NCBI GenBank assembly: GCA_905178155.1
Contig: CAJINV010000008.1
Location: 3,522,013 to 3,586,012 of the forward strand
Length of the DNA stretch: 64,000 bases
DNA from: Amoebophrya sp. A120
Taxonomy: Eukaryota; Protista; Dinoflagellata
Reading direction: 5' to 3'
Shown: positions 1-13,512 of the stretch, one piece after another
How positions within the stretch are numbered: position 1 is the first letter of the stretch
Layout of the letters: every line of letters starts with the position of its first letter
Notes under the pieces: generated by a model
Database searches by the model: none
What the model was told of the DNA's origin: nothing
The model's input: only the letters and a program-made list of their open reading frames with translations
Position numbers and translations under genes: made by a program

Positions 1-1187
1 TTACCTGAAGTATATCCAGTGTGAAAGAGCGGCTCCCTCCCCAAAGTCAACATGGGCCTTTTTCTACACCAAGAACTCACCGCTTTTGGTTGTCGCTCAT
101 GACTACAAGTTTGGGCTCAAAGCGTCATGGTGTTTAGCCAGTTGTGTAGCTGCACCAGAAAAAATCGATCGCGTCATTCGGAATCATCTAGCGTGTGAAA
201 AAAATTTGCAGCCAACGAAAATTCGAATATTGAAAATGCTGATCATGGTGAGGTTGCACATGAGAAGCGCTGTAGTCTTCCTTGCAGACTTGCATAAAAC
301 AAGTCTGGGGAGGTGTTGACGATGTTTTTTCACAGGATAAAGTCGCACATGTCCTACTGCGCCTACAGCGGAGGCACTATCTGGCTGCTGAAGAACCCCG
401 ACACAACGTCCAGCCCGCTGGAGACCTCCGGTAAAGAGGGAGCCAGCCCAGCGGACACCGGGGCCATTTGCATCGCCAAGATGTACTCGCCTGTGACTGC
501 GAAGAGCTTTGCCCTTTTATCGCCCGAGAAAACTGTAGTCGAACTTCGTTAAGAGACATCGATTTGATGACTTTAGAAATTATACAAGCGAGCTTATTTC
601 TTGCGGCCTACAATAAACAAAAACATTAAACAAGAAGGTTTGTCTGCCTCGTTCGTGTCTGTGCATGGGCGGAAGGAATGTGGGACTCGCTCTTGCATAT
701 CTTCTTGCAAGAAGACCAGAGCTACTTTCTGCGTTGCACCGGTTACAATGACACTTGTTGATAGGCTGCAGTTTTTTCGTGCGATAACTCCCGGGAAAGT
801 GGACCCCGCAGGACTACGTGGTGGAGATCGCGCCCGGCGTGGATCAGGCGCTGATTCTATCCTGTTCAAAACCTTCAGTCCCACGATGTGGTGTCTGTTA
901 CTTTTCATGTATGTTTGCGGACATGGTGTTAGTGTTCAAAAGAAAAAGGTTCAACAACTCCCACCACTTGCATGTTTTTCACGCGGAAATGGTATGATGA
1001 CTTGTAGCAGCGAGGACGTTGGATAATACTAGTTAGTAGAGTACAGTCCTTTCCCATGGTGCATGAAGATTATGCTTCTGGGAGTTCTGGGAACTACGAG
1101 CACACGGGAACCAACCGTCTTTGCACAGGATAGGATCTGGCGTGGATTCTGGCTTACGCTGAGATGGATGACGCGGACAATCACTAA
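1..1187 (+). CDS. 3' part of LURP-one/Tub_2 (Tubby C-terminal-like) protein, split by 3 introners
   Basis: Removing IEs 13-339, 518-786 and 858-1132 (each +5 bp) gives one frame: YLKSHMSYC...GKWTPQDYVVEIAPGVDQALILAWILAYAEMDDADNH*. The Y-x-V-E-I-A-P-G-V-D-x-A-L-I-L motif is typical of the Tub_2 C-terminus. Stop TAA at 1185-1187. Confidence 0.7.
13..339. mobile_element. Introner element (degenerate)
   Basis: TATCCAGTGTGAAA...TTTTTTCACAGGATA; flanking DR aagta/aagtc; removal restores frame. Confidence 0.65.
518..786. mobile_element. Introner element
   Basis: TIR TATCGCCCGAGAAAACTGTAGTC vs reverse complement of end TATCGCACGAAAAAACTGCAGCC; DR diverged; removal +5 bp restores frame. Confidence 0.75.
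858..1132. mobile_element. Introner element
   Basis: TATCCTGTTCAAA...TTTGCACAGGATA; flanks gattc/ggatc; removal joins DQALI to LAWILAY. Confidence 0.7.
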
Positions 1188-3238
1188 GTAAGGTCGCTGT
1201 GCTGGTGGTCGTAGTTTTTCAACAAACGCAGACAACCGAATTCAAACAGTGAAGTAGACTCCGTGCATAAAGCATACTAGGGACAACCAAAACTTCCTCT
1301 TTCTCCGGTCCAATGTAAGGTTGCGTTTCACACATGTTGACGGAGGAGACATTATTATATTTGATATCTACAGGTTTTTTTACGCTGCTTCTTGATTTGC
1401 TGTGCTGCGGGTACGTCCGCTATTACAGCGACAATATTGGAAAAGAGAATAGAAATTCAAATAGTTAAGAGCAGAGCTACTCACTTGAACTTACGAAGTA
1501 CACTCTTTGTAAAATCCAGATCCGCCTGCGCTCAATAATTGTCTTTTATTTTCACGATTTCTGAACAGACACAACAGGTTTCATCATGACCCCTGGTTAC
1601 TTCGCAACGTGAACGCAAAGCAATTTCTAGTATCTACCACAGTCAGAAGAAGGTAAGAACAAGAGAATCAAGAGGCGGAAACAAGCAATTTGAGCACCGT
1701 TTTTAGCCGAAATTTTCATTGCAGAAAAAAATGTATCATTCTGATATTTTTGTTATGGTTTTTTCGAAAAACGCGTAGTACATCTTCGAGAGACAATTTC
1801 GTTGAACCCATCAACGACATAGAGCGTGAAAGTGACAAAACGAGAGCAAAAGAAAGGACAAAGTGCGACGAAAAGTAGAGAGACGAGGTACAGAGAGGAA
1901 CGGCCTGCCCTGCAAGCAGTGCCTTCTCAATACACTTTATCGGTTATGAATGGAAATCGATTTATTTTGTGAAAGTCGCCGCATGTTGTATGTGAAAATT
2001 AGACTTCTTCGCGATCATTCTCTTATTTCATCACAGGCGGGACGCAGGAATGCGGGGCTCAGGTAGAATATTATTCCCCTAAGCAAGAGCCCCAGCATAA
2101 CAAAACCCACATGTTGCTGCACCTCCACCTGCACTAGGAGCGACCCATTGCTTTTACTAGTAGTCCCACCAGTAGTTTACGCTTTATCTAATATGACGTT
2201 AGTGACGCGATTTTCCTGCGCCAGGTAGTAGCACGGCATTCAATCTTTTCAGAGTTAGACCACAAACGGCATTGATGTAAGGGAGTATCGTCGATGTCGA
2301 TTCGGGCGTAATTTTTTCTGCGAAGTTTAATTGCCGTGCTCCCCGCGCAACGTAGCAAAGCATTCGACGTCTCTGGGTCGTTTTATTTTATTTCACGTGC
2401 ACGTAAGAATAAGAAATCTAAAATCCTTGCAGTTTTGCCACGGCAGGAGCAGGTGCATCAAGTGACTTACAGCAGTCACGTGTAGCTGCTCGTGTGTCAT
2501 CTTCGCAAGTAAGTCAATACCGGTATAACAGAATTACATTTATTTCCAGGGGGTTTGTTTCGGAAGAGCCACAGCCCTAGGGTGTAGTCACCGGCGGGTG
2601 CGATTGCCTGGTCACGCACTTACATTAGTTGAACTAGCGAATCTATTCTAACTCGTGTAAGAGTTGAGATTGTCATGGGGATAAACAACTCGTTGTCACC
2701 TCGGCCTCGTCGCAATCGAAAAGTTTGAGGCTCGTCTATCAACAAGAACACCTCGACACAATTTTTTGCACGCCGCTTTGTTTTATATCACAACTCATGC
2801 CTTTTCATTTTCCATAACTGATGTCCGTAGATTTTTTTTCCAAGAGTTCATCTCCAGTTATTTTTTGATTATCTATCGATCTACTAAGCTCCTTTAACTT
2901 TATCTGCATGCAAGAAAACCAAAATCAAATGTAATTAGAAGTAAGACGACGGAGTGCAGCGGTTTTTGTTGCATGAACCGCGTAGACTCGTCACTGCTTG
3001 TTCGATTATCCGCAAGTTGCACTGATTGACTTGAAGTTTTCGTGCCAAATCCCGCCTCCTAGGCTTTTTTGCCAGACGAGAGAAGATGCTGCCGCTGCGA
3101 AAATGAAGATACACAACGAAAAAAATGTTACTACACCCGAGCGAAAATAAATACTAGAAAGAAAGGGAAGATCGCAGCAGCATTTTCTTCCAAGCTAGTA
3201 GTTCTTTTCACTAAACAATACCGACCGACGAGCTGCCA

Positions 3239-6200
3239 ATGTCCTCCTCCCCCTCCTCACCAGTTGAGAATAATATTTCCTCCGCACAAGCAGCAGAACC
3301 AGTACCAGAAGCACAAGCAGCAGCGCTAAGTGCGCATCCGTCGACGATCAACCCTGCTGTGCCGTCTGCTTTTCCTCTACGGCAAAACAGCTTGGAAAAT
3401 GTCAGCGACGTGCCGGACGCGCAGCATGAGGGCCACCAGGACGTGGAAGTCGACGTCGAGGCCATGGACGTCGTCCACCACGCGCACGCGCCTTCCATTG
3501 ATACAACCGCATGTAGTACTAGCTCACCACAAACTGCCTGGTACCCCGACCCACCGAGCTGCACCAACTCGGCACGCACCCGGGCGAGTCGCGTTCCGGC
3601 GTCGCCGTCCTTTGACGAAGCGGAGGCCAGGTCTTGCGCAGTTTCGCGGGTAGGAGGTCGTGTTTGTGCAGAGGAAGGAGAGAGTCGAGCTACAAGTCGG
3701 CTGAACAAGTTTTTGAATCCTGCGATGAACAACAAAGTGGAACACGAACGAGAACATGATGTGGAAATCATGCCTGTGGGTGTCGGTGTGACTTCTGTGA
3801 CTGCGTCAAGAACTACACTAGTAGACCCGCCCGCGACCACGACCACCGGCAGCGGTAGAAGCCTCTCGTCCTCCTGCGCCCCCGCTTCGCCATTATCTAC
3901 GATTGCTACGGCAGTTAACAGTTACAACCAAGCCGCGGGGGGAACGGGAACGCTCACGCTTGTGCCGGTTCTACCACAGACGAGTTGTTATAGCAAGAGT
4001 GCAACTGTGGGAGGAGATCATGGAGATGATGTTGACCAACAGCAACAGGGTAGCAATCAAAATGGTCCTGCAGCCTCCAGTTCAACATCTACTTCCAGTT
4101 CAACAGCTCTCCTGCAGCCGCTCCCTCGACAAACGAGGTCCGCGCCTTCCGAGTTGGCCGGGCTGGCAGCGACCGCAAGTGCAAAAAATACCGGAGCTGC
4201 AGGAGGCGGAGCGGGAATTACAGTAGCAAAAGTTACGACAGACGGTTCGAGTAGTTCTACTGTTGTGAACAGCATCAAGACCTCCTTGTTGTCCACCCCT
4301 GGTCGCTTCGTGGTGCCGGAAGATGGAAGTTCAACATCTATGCGCGGTGGAACGTCGACGAGACCTGCTGATGTAGATGTTCTTAAACTTGGTATGGTAC
4401 CTTTTACATCAGGAGCACCTGCTACCTCCACGGTGCTGGAAAGAACATCATGCGCTGGTGGTCCTGATGAAAAGGAGGAAGGTGGAAAGAAGCAGCTCTT
4501 GCAAGGAAACGACTACATCGAGAAGATCAACCTCTCCCCAAGGTTTGGGACGACTAGTGATCATGCAGGTTTTCTGACGAGCGGTGCCGACGACCACTAC
4601 GCGCGACACCGCCCTGGTGTTTCATCGCTGTTATCTGCGACGTCCTCTAAGGCGTCTGCATCAGCGCCTGTTGCGCAGCAGGTACTAGATAGAACAACAC
4701 CACGCAAAGAGAGGAGCGAAGACCTGACGTCTTCATCTTCGGGTACTAGCTCTGACGTCGAGCTTGTTCAGGTGAGGAATCGAAACGCGTCTGGAAGTTC
4801 CGCGGAAGTTCAGCATGTTGACCAGGAGGCCGTGGACACCGATCTTCAACCAATGACGAGCTCATCCAGTTGTACAACTTCCGGTGCGCCGGAAGGAGCA
4901 CCACGAGAGCGACCAGCTGAAGATGCGGTAGCAGACCCCAGTTTGATATTCGACGGCAGCAACAATACATCACTCTTCGGAAGCAGCGACACAACCTACG
5001 TGTTGAACACCACACGCAGCACGTCCAGCACGATTTCTTCCCTCGCCAGCTCCCGCACGACAGGTTGTAAACAAGCTGCACTGGGAGGTAGTAGCAGTTG
5101 TAATAGCGGCAGCAATCTTAATCTTTTGTTGAAAGGGAACGACTCTTGCTCCACCATCGACACCACTGCGTCCTCCTACTCAAATTGTAGTAGCTCTGGC
5201 GGTAGTAGTAGTACAACTAGGATCGTAGGAGCTTCCGGTGCAGCGCATGAGCCTTCGACACAGCACGACGAGCTCAGTGGTTCTTCTTCGTCGACGGGCA
5301 ATGCGTCAAGTTGGAGCAGCAAGCCCGGTGTGGATACCGTGTTCGACGTCACCAATCCTGCTGCTGCTGCACCTGTAGAAGAAGTTCTAGATCCAAGCAA
5401 AAATGATACCGCCTCGAATCACCCGCCCATTCTCGTCAGCCGCAGGTCGGTGAGCACCCCGGACTGCCATAGCACATCATCGCGAGCAAGTTCATCTCTC
5501 CAAGAACTCCAATCCGGCGGTGCCACGTCTTCAACCGATAATTGTAGCCCGCAGTCCCGCAGCTACCAAGGACAACAGCCGGCGAAGATGCTGACTCCAA
5601 GTGAAGGCTCATCTAGCGGCCTACTACCGGACCAGCACGGCAGTCTGGTGCGGAGCAAGAGCAGTTCTGATATACTTTCACCGACTGGAGGTGGGACAAC
5701 GACATGTAGTTCAAGGCACCCGCCAGATGCAGACCCGTGGAAGGGGTGGCGCGTGCTGATCGACACGTATTACCTGTACTATTACAACACGTACACGAAC
5801 ACGTCCCAGTGGCAGCTCCCGAAGGAGCTGCACCCGGTGCTGGGCGAGTGGAAACAGATCACGACCAACTCGGGAAACCAGTTCTGGTGGAACAACAAGG
5901 CGCAGCTCTCCCTCTGGGAAGATCCACGGCAGACCTACGACGTGTTTTCCGCGGTGCTCAGCGGGAATTTGCTGTTTTTGTACCTGTTCGTCGAGTGCGG
6001 GGGGAAGTTGGAGATCACGCACCCAGACACCAATGCCACGCTCCTGCACTACGCCGTGGCCAGTGGCAACAGGAGAATGGTGGATTACTTGATGGACAAG
6101 TTCTTTAATATTCCTACAAGAACATCTAGTTGTAGTGCGGAAGGACAAGACAAGGGAGCGTCGAGAGGTGCTGGTGCTGGTGTAGATCAAGTAAAGGGCG

Positions 6201-9200
6201 AAAGTACCACTTCTACGACGACGAAAACATCATCTTCAACCTGCGCCGCTGACAGCGTCGAGGGCAGCTTTCACTGGATCGACAAAGAGGGCAACGATCC
6301 GCTCGTTTACACGGTGCGAACCGGCTACTGGAACCTGATCAAGCCGCTGATGTCGCGGTTCCCGGTCAGGATCACAAGGAGCGGTGGACAACAAGAAGAC
6401 CTGCGCAAAAAGGAAGATTTCCTTCCTACTATCCCGTGGAACGTCGAGCAGGCGCTCCATTTGGCCTATGCCATGGGAGCCTGGGAGTGCGTGCGCGAGT
6501 TGCAGCCCTACGCGGGCGCGGGCCTGCGGTTGAAGCACGCTGCAAACGGTGGCCACATGGACGACGATAATACTAGCGCACCAGCACGACTAGATCATGG
6601 GTCATCTGTGGGACGAACAGCGAACGAAAACTTTAACAGATTCAAAACCGGTAAAAAATCCGCAGAGGAATCATCAACATCAAGAACATATTCATCAGGC
6701 CACATTGAGGTCGTGACGAGAGGTCAACATTCCTCAACCACGACCTCGAGAAGTACACCAACTCATAGCAGCAGCCGCAGCCCATACGACTCCTGGTCCG
6801 CGGATGAAAGAAGCAGTGAAATAAGCGACCATCGCTCGGCGGCAGGGGGTGTCGGCAGCTCGAGCAGTGCGGCCGTGTTCTTTTCGCCGATTTTGCAGCA
6901 CCAGCCCGTTGTTGCGCCGGTGCTGATGCCGTTGTTGGATCCGAACCAGAAAATCACCCGGATCGTCTCGAACTTGGTGGAAGGGGTGCTCGGACCGTGG
7001 GAAGCCGATTCTGACGACGACGAACAGTTCTTGGACGCCGAGGACCATATCAACCAGTACGAGCAGCTCGAAAATTTCGACCAGCTCGCAGCAGAAGACG
7101 ACCATGTTGAGAGTCTTCAGGATTTCAGTCATGAGGCGACGGCGCACGAGCTCCTTGCGGAGCATGAGAGCTTGCTGTCTTATAGCAACGCTGTTGCAGG
7201 AGCTCCTGCGTCTGCAGACGGTCGTGGTAGTGAACAACTACATCAGGAACGATATAAAAAAGATCTTCCCGATGACGTCGACGCGTTTGCGGGAGCAGGT
7301 CAGCCTGCTCACAACGAGGCTGGTGACCGAAAGAAGTTCGTGCTGCAAAAGCAGCAGGACCAAGAATGCGGCTATGCCAATGCAGAAAAAGATCCGGAAG
7401 CTGACCCTGTCGAACATGTCAGCAGTGTCTTCGCGACAGAAGACCAGGACCAGAATTTGAATTTCATCCCTGCAGCGTCCGATAGTAATTATTTCAGTAC
7501 ATTTACGCGAGCAGAAGATTCATCTTTATCTTTTCCAAGTGGGCACCCTTCTACAGCTTCGACGTCCCAGAAAATCGTTTCCGAAGCCGAAGAGCAGAGC
7601 GACCATACGTCGACCACGGACACTACCACGACTCCCAATTCCGCAGACGGAAGTGCGCGAGCCCGGACCTCCGAGGGTGCGCGAGACTTGACCTTTCCCT
7701 TCATCGAACAAGCACCAGACTGCGACGAGTCCACCTCTTCCATAGTTCCTGTGGAAGATCAAGACCGTACTCGGGGGCAAAGAACGACACAACACCAACC
7801 TTTTCCGGAAATAAAAATTTCCGAGACCACAGCATTAGGCGCAGAGGCTATTCGAGAAGGAACCGCCACCACCAGTGACGAACTAGACGAGGAAAGTGGT
7901 TCCCTTGCCCCGCTCTGGACCGATCGCAGCGAAGATTTCGCGAACTACAGCGCCACTGAAAGTTGCAACCCGCAGGAGGCCGGCGAGAGTGAGCTTGTGC
8001 TGACAGGGCACAAATCTTACGCAGGCAGCCTACAGAAATTAGGTTCCAGGATTCCACATCCGAGGACTTCTCGGATAGGACTTCACATCCGAGGAGTTCC
8101 CGGACCTGAAGTCACATCCAAGAACTCCTCGCGTGTCAGCTCACATCAGAGAACTCCTCGGACATGCGTTGACATCCCAGGAGTTAGTATTTGATGTGGC
8201 GAAAATCCTTGGGAGCAAATTCCTGCAAGTCACCTGCGTAAGATTTGTGGTCTGATCGGCAATACCTATTGGAGCACAAATTCTACGCAGGTGAGTTACA
8301 GATATTGGCTTGCAGGATTTCCGCCGCATCGCGAAATTCTTGACGCAGCGAAGATCCTGGGAAATAATTCCTGTAAGTTACCTGCGTAAGATTTGTCTTC
8401 TCACTGGTAATACCGATCTGGGCACAAATCTTATGCAGGAAACTTACAGAAATTAGTTCCCGGGATTTGCGTGCTGCGTCTCCAATCGCCTCACTTGGAC
8501 ACGAGGATCATCAGTGTGTCCAAGTGTGGCGACTGGAGACGCAGTACGCAAATCCCAGAAGTGCATTTCTTTGGGGCACGAAAGCGGAAGCTGTAGGAGC
8601 GCGAGTTCTGCTCTGCTCTTAGGTAAAGAAAACTCGCGCAGCAGCTTTTTCCTCCTGGCCTTCTAGAAGTGTGCTTCTGAACACATCTGCAGAGCGATCT
8701 GCTTTGTCTTCTAGGCAGAAGACACAGCTTCTTCTAGAAAAGAAGTAGCTTCTTCTAGAAGCTGCGTCTTCTAGAAGAAAAAAGGTCTGTGTCTTCTACA
8801 GGGAGACCAGCCTTCTAGAAGAAGACAAAACTTCGCGGCTTCTTCTAGAAGAGGACGCAGCTTCTTCTAGAAGAAGAAGCTGCCTTTTCTTCTAGGAACT
8901 CAGTTTCTAGAAGAAAACTTCCGGAAAAAGTGTTCGGAAAGGGGGTTTGCAAAGGGGTCTTCAAAGGGGTCGCGCAAAGTGCCTTAATCGCGAGCTATAA
9001 AAGGGTCAGCGAAAGGGGTCAGCGAAAGGGTCTCTGGAAAGGGGTTTCCGCGGGACCTTTTCTAAAAGAAGTCAAGAAGACTTCTTTTAGAGTCTAAAAG
9101 AAATCCAACGGATTTCTTTTAGACTCTCAAAGGATTTCTTCTAGAGTCTCAAGGTGCCTCAGAGGCGCCTTGAGATTCTAGAAGAAATCCTGGGAACTCA

Positions 9201-12200
9201 TTTCTGTAAGTCCGTTGCGTAGGATTTGCACTCAGGTCGGGATTACCGGTCGAAACGCAGATCCTACGCAACCGACTTACAGAAATGAGTTCCCAGGATC
9301 CCACGTCCGAGAATTCCTCGGATGTCAGCTCACATCCGAAAGGTTCGCGGATGTGAGCTGCAGGAGAACTTTCGCGCGCAAAGTGCCGAACTTTGGCGCC
9401 CTGCTCGTGAAAGTTCGATCCGCGTGTCCAAGTGCGGCGATGTAGAAAAAACACGGGAATTCTGGGAACTAATTCCTGGAAGTCGCGTGCGTAGGGTGTG
9501 TAGTCAGACCGGGACTACCGGTCGAAACGTAGAGCCCGCGCACCTGCTTCAAAATTTTTGAAAACCGAAGCCTTTCGGAACTGCTCTGGGAACTAATTTC
9601 TGCAAGCTCTAATGCAACCCGCAGGAGGCCGGCGAGAGTGAGCTTGTGCTGACAGATGAGGAAAAAAACATTGTTGGTGTAGGATTCTCTGAAATGAGTA
9701 AATTTTTTTTTGGCACAAAGGTGTGAAATTTTTTTAAAGCACGGCACTCCTGTCTATTCTCCGTTTGGTGTTTTGGATTCTCTGTCATGGCTGAATCTAA
9801 TGGCTACCCCGCTCCGGGCACTACATTAGCTAGCTGGGGAGGCAGGGCAATGCAAAAACCTCTGCAGCGGAGCGGGCCGGTGTGTCACCTATCGCTATGG
9901 CGGCTTCTGGCCCGGCCTCGCGATAATTAAAGACTCAGCAAAGGGCAGGAAAATCCGGCGCATTCTTGAAAACGTCGCATCTTCCTGCCGGTGAGTGTGT
10001 TGTCGCTTGTCTACTGTCAGCCCATGAGGGGTGCCAGCTTGACACTTCGCAGCAAAATTATTCTGGGAAATCACGGGCGTGCGCGCCGCCTTTGGTGCAA
10101 TATTGGGCTGCGCGGTCATTCAAAGCACGGGCGGCGAACTCGCTGCTTCGCATGATTCGGATGAGGCTCGTTTGAGGCTTCCAAAAATGAACCAAAGGAA
10201 GAAAAATCTCGGAGTGTAGGTCTTTACAGGGGAAAAAAGAGGGGTCAACAGTAGGGTCAAAAACTTCGCTTATTTTTTTAACAATCTCCGCCGCGGCTAA
10301 CAATTTACACTACTTCAAAAATTTAATATACCATGGGGATTAGAGAAAAGAAAAAACCTAGTGTAGTTTTTAAGGTTCGTGTAGCGGACCCCTTCGAGGT
10401 AGGGTCAAAAAGCACACGCATTTTTCCAACAGTCGCCCACCCGCATAAAAATTTACACTCCGAGCTTTTTCTTCTGTTTGGGCCAAGAGATCAACAAGAA
10501 CTGGCAAGATCCGAAAGGGAGCTGCGCAAGTCCCCGAGCGCGCCCATCGCTGACCGGCATGGACGCAAGTCGCTGGCTTTGCGAGATGCGTCCGGAGCTG
10601 CGGAGCTCAGAAAGCAGCTACATGGTGACGGTCGTTTTGCGGAAGGCCTTTGCGTGGTCGCGCGCCCTGTAGCTGGCGGCCGACCCGGTCGGAGGCAGGC
10701 CCGGCCTCGGGCATTAGACAGGACCAGCGATCCGCGACTGCGGGTCAGCAGACTTCGCGGCACAGCCCCGCTGATCGTCTCCTCCCCCTCGCGGCATTGG
10801 CGAGCAGTCTAGCCTCCTTAACTGTTTCACTTCCACAAAAGCAGCCAAAGCAAGTTTGGCCCACTCAGATTTATAACGCAAGCTCCCCGAAGCTGCGCGA
10901 TGGCCGGGCGGGTTTGCTTTAAAAATAATTTTGATTGAACTAAGAAAAAAATCCATGCATTTTCGAAAATCCTACACTAACAATGTTTTTTTCTTCGATA
11001 CCGCAGGAGGCCGGCGAGAGTGAGCTTGTGCTGACAGATGAGGAAATTGTGTTGAAGCAAGACGAAGAATTAAAGACGGACTCTCTTTATCAAGGCGATA
11101 AGATAAAGAAGAGTAGAACTTCTACCGATAGCAGGTCCGAAGCCGCGAAAGAACATCTTGTGTCGCAAGACAAATCGTCCAGACACAATAAGGCAGGGTT
11201 ATCTACTAGCAACAGACTGGTAGTTGCTGGTGGAAGTAAAGCCGCGTTATCAACCTCGACAAAACATCACGGAGGCGATCATGCCACCACGCGGCGCTCG
11301 CCGCCGAGCACCAGAATGATGTTTCAGGAGGACAACTTTTACGACGAGGATGATGATTTCCGGACACCAATGGATGACGAAGACGATACTGGTTCTTCTA
11401 CGCAAGTAGATGAACGACCCTCTAGTCGTGGTCCTTCAGCCACTGCTTCTCCGTCGACCATGACAGGTGCACTGGAAGGAAATAATAGTACAACGACCAA
11501 GGTCCGACAACAGCACAGCAGCAGCTACTCTGATCCGACAGAATCGTCGACTTCGTCAGATTCCCCGGGATCACCGGATACTCTGGAGCACCGCCGCGGA
11601 ATGAAAAGACGTATAGTCTATTTATATGTTTTTCTGCTCATTTTGCTTCGTTTTGATTGCATTTTCGTTTTGCTGTTTAAGTAGAGACATAGGGCAGCTT
11701 TTTGATGTTGTGCACCTGCACGTCACAGACGATGAAGATGCTCGGGCTAGCCTTTATTTTGCAACAAAGACGGTCAACGTCCAAGCGTTGTCGTAAATGA
11801 ATGTCGTGCTGGTCTTTATTCTGCAATAAACTTCAACTTTCTCATCCTCTACAGACTCTTCGTCCGAGCTCGACACGATTCCCATCCCGAACCTGGAACT
11901 TTTTTCGTCGAGCACTCGGTACCGCGGCGTTCGCCCCCCCGAAGCCCGCCCCATACCCCGGATAGCCGGTGGAAGTGGCCTCGGTGGTAGCAGTGGTGGC
12001 AGCTACAGTGGGAGCAGTGCGGGCTGTTCTTTCACGGCGAAGCATTATAACCATAACAGGAGCAGCGGTGGTGCCTCAACAAGTTCCTCCTCATCAATCC
12101 AAGGTAGGAACAGATGGAATTCCTCGTACGGGACAAGTAGAGACACCATAGAAGAGGTGGACGGACTGGAGAACTCCGTAGTACCAGGAAGTTACAACTC

Positions 12201-13512
12201 TACTTTGACGTTGGCGACTGGTTCATCTTCCAGGGACAAGAATTCGGTCCACAAGAACTACTACGTAGAAGGAGATCCACGACTTTATCACCAGAATTCT
12301 CTTTTAACCGGCGAGGATCCAGATTTCGACGAAGAGATGCGGCAAAATTTCTACTTTTCCGTGATGAAAACCTTTTTTCGCCTCGCGAAAAACCCATCCG
12401 CGTTGATCCGCTCGTTGCAGAACCTGATCATTGCAGCCTTCCCGGTGCTGCTCACGCAAGACAGCTCGTCGAGCGGGTCCGAGGAAGAGACGGTCATCGA
12501 AAATTTGGCCGAGCAACAGATAAATGCCAGCAATAGTAGTTCCTCGGTTATGCTTACACAAAAAATTTGCCGCATACGATTACGAACAAGACGCGTCGAA
12601 AAGAACGTGGTTGCCAAGCGAATAAGTGAGAGTAGATATGTCATGCTGAGTATCAATCATGAGTTTTCATTTTCTTTTCGTCGAAAACTTCTGCGTTTGT
12701 CATGCCCTGGGAGAATCAAATCATGAGAATTAGAATCTGATTTGTGTGTCGTGTGCGGTAAATGATTTCCCTTGGATGCCAATCGGGATGAACAGCTTGA
12801 GGAGACTGTTTCTCTACAGCAGCAACAACCGATATGGAAGTGTCAGAAGCGAAATTGACAAAATCGAAATGATTTGTCATGCATAAACTGGATTCCAGTT
12901 CGAACCCAGTTTCTAGCTGGCGCATCACAAATTCTGGCGGTGCCTAAATCCAGTTTGTAATGCTGCTTAGGCAGAGAGAACTGATTCTCTCATGCTGCCT
13001 TAGCAGCTCGAGCTATGAACCCAAACAGGCTTACAATCGGCCTCACTTGCCTGCTCTGCAACACACGTATTTCGCGTCATGCATTTCTTGCATCGCAAAT
13101 TTTTCGATTTTGTCAATTTCGATCCTGACAGTTCCATAACCGAGCCCCTTCCGGGAGTTTGTACAGCGCCACGAGTGTATGCATTGCAAATATGTCTGGG
13201 TCTGGAAGGATGCGATCTTGTGATGCGCATTTCAGAACGCAGAAAAATCTCTTATGCATAGGTAGCAAAAGATGCCCACTTTCTGTCACCAAAGTGGGGG
13301 ATTTGTCATGCGGATTAAGCAATGCCAATGCGTATGCGGAAGCTTCTCAAAATCTGTGATGCTAGGGCTTCCATGAAAGATGTGATGCTAGGGCTTCCAT
13401 GAAAGACATTTTGTGTCATGCAAAAACAGCATCACAAAAATCTGCATTCTTCCAGACCCAGACATTTTTGCATTTGATAGAGAGCGGGTGGGGAACAGCA
13501 TCAACCCGGTAG
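3239..13512 (+). CDS. Large low-complexity protein with two WW domains and ankyrin repeats (~2035 aa; exons 3239-8006, 11038-11610, 11855-12546, 12820-12832, 13144-13177, 13485-13512)
   Basis: WW motifs GWRVLIDTYYLYYYNTYTNTSQWQLP and GEWKQITTNSGNQFWWNNKAQLSLWEDP; ankyrin TLLHYAVASGNRRMVDYLM. Frame continues across the duplicated ESELVLT segment, two GT-AG introns and two IEs; exon sum 6108 nt is divisible by 3. Confidence 0.75.
7964..8006 (+). repeat. Exonic segment present three times (7964-8006, 9613-9664, 11001-11046) as long target duplications
   Basis: CCGCAGGAGGCCGGCGAGAGTGAGCTTGTGCTGACAG is identical at all three sites. Confidence 0.95.
8007..9612. mobile_element. 1.6-kb foldback-like non-coding element flanked by a 43-bp direct repeat
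   Basis: Perfect 43-bp DR (7964-8006/9613-9655). Repeated CTTACAGAAATTAGTTCCC(G/A)GGA-like modules in both orientations near both ends; centre rich in TTCTAGAA palindromes and AAAGGGGTC repeats. Confidence 0.75.
9665..11000. mobile_element. 1.3-kb TIR element flanked by a 46-bp direct repeat
   Basis: Perfect 46-bp DR (9619-9664/11001-11046). TIR GAAAAAAACATTGTTGGTGTAGGATT vs reverse complement of end GAAAAAAACATTGTTAGTGTAGGATT; right end finishes ...CTTCGATA like the introners. Confidence 0.8.
12833..13138. mobile_element. Introner element, family B
   Basis: TATGGAAGTGTCAG...CTGACAGTTCCATA; perfect DR accga. Confidence 0.9.
13178..13479. mobile_element. Introner element, family A
   Basis: TATGCATTGCAAATATGTCTGGGTCTGGAAG...CTTCCAGACCCAGACATTTTTGCATTTGATA; DR gagtg/gagag; internal 26-bp tandem duplication. 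Confidence 0.9.
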
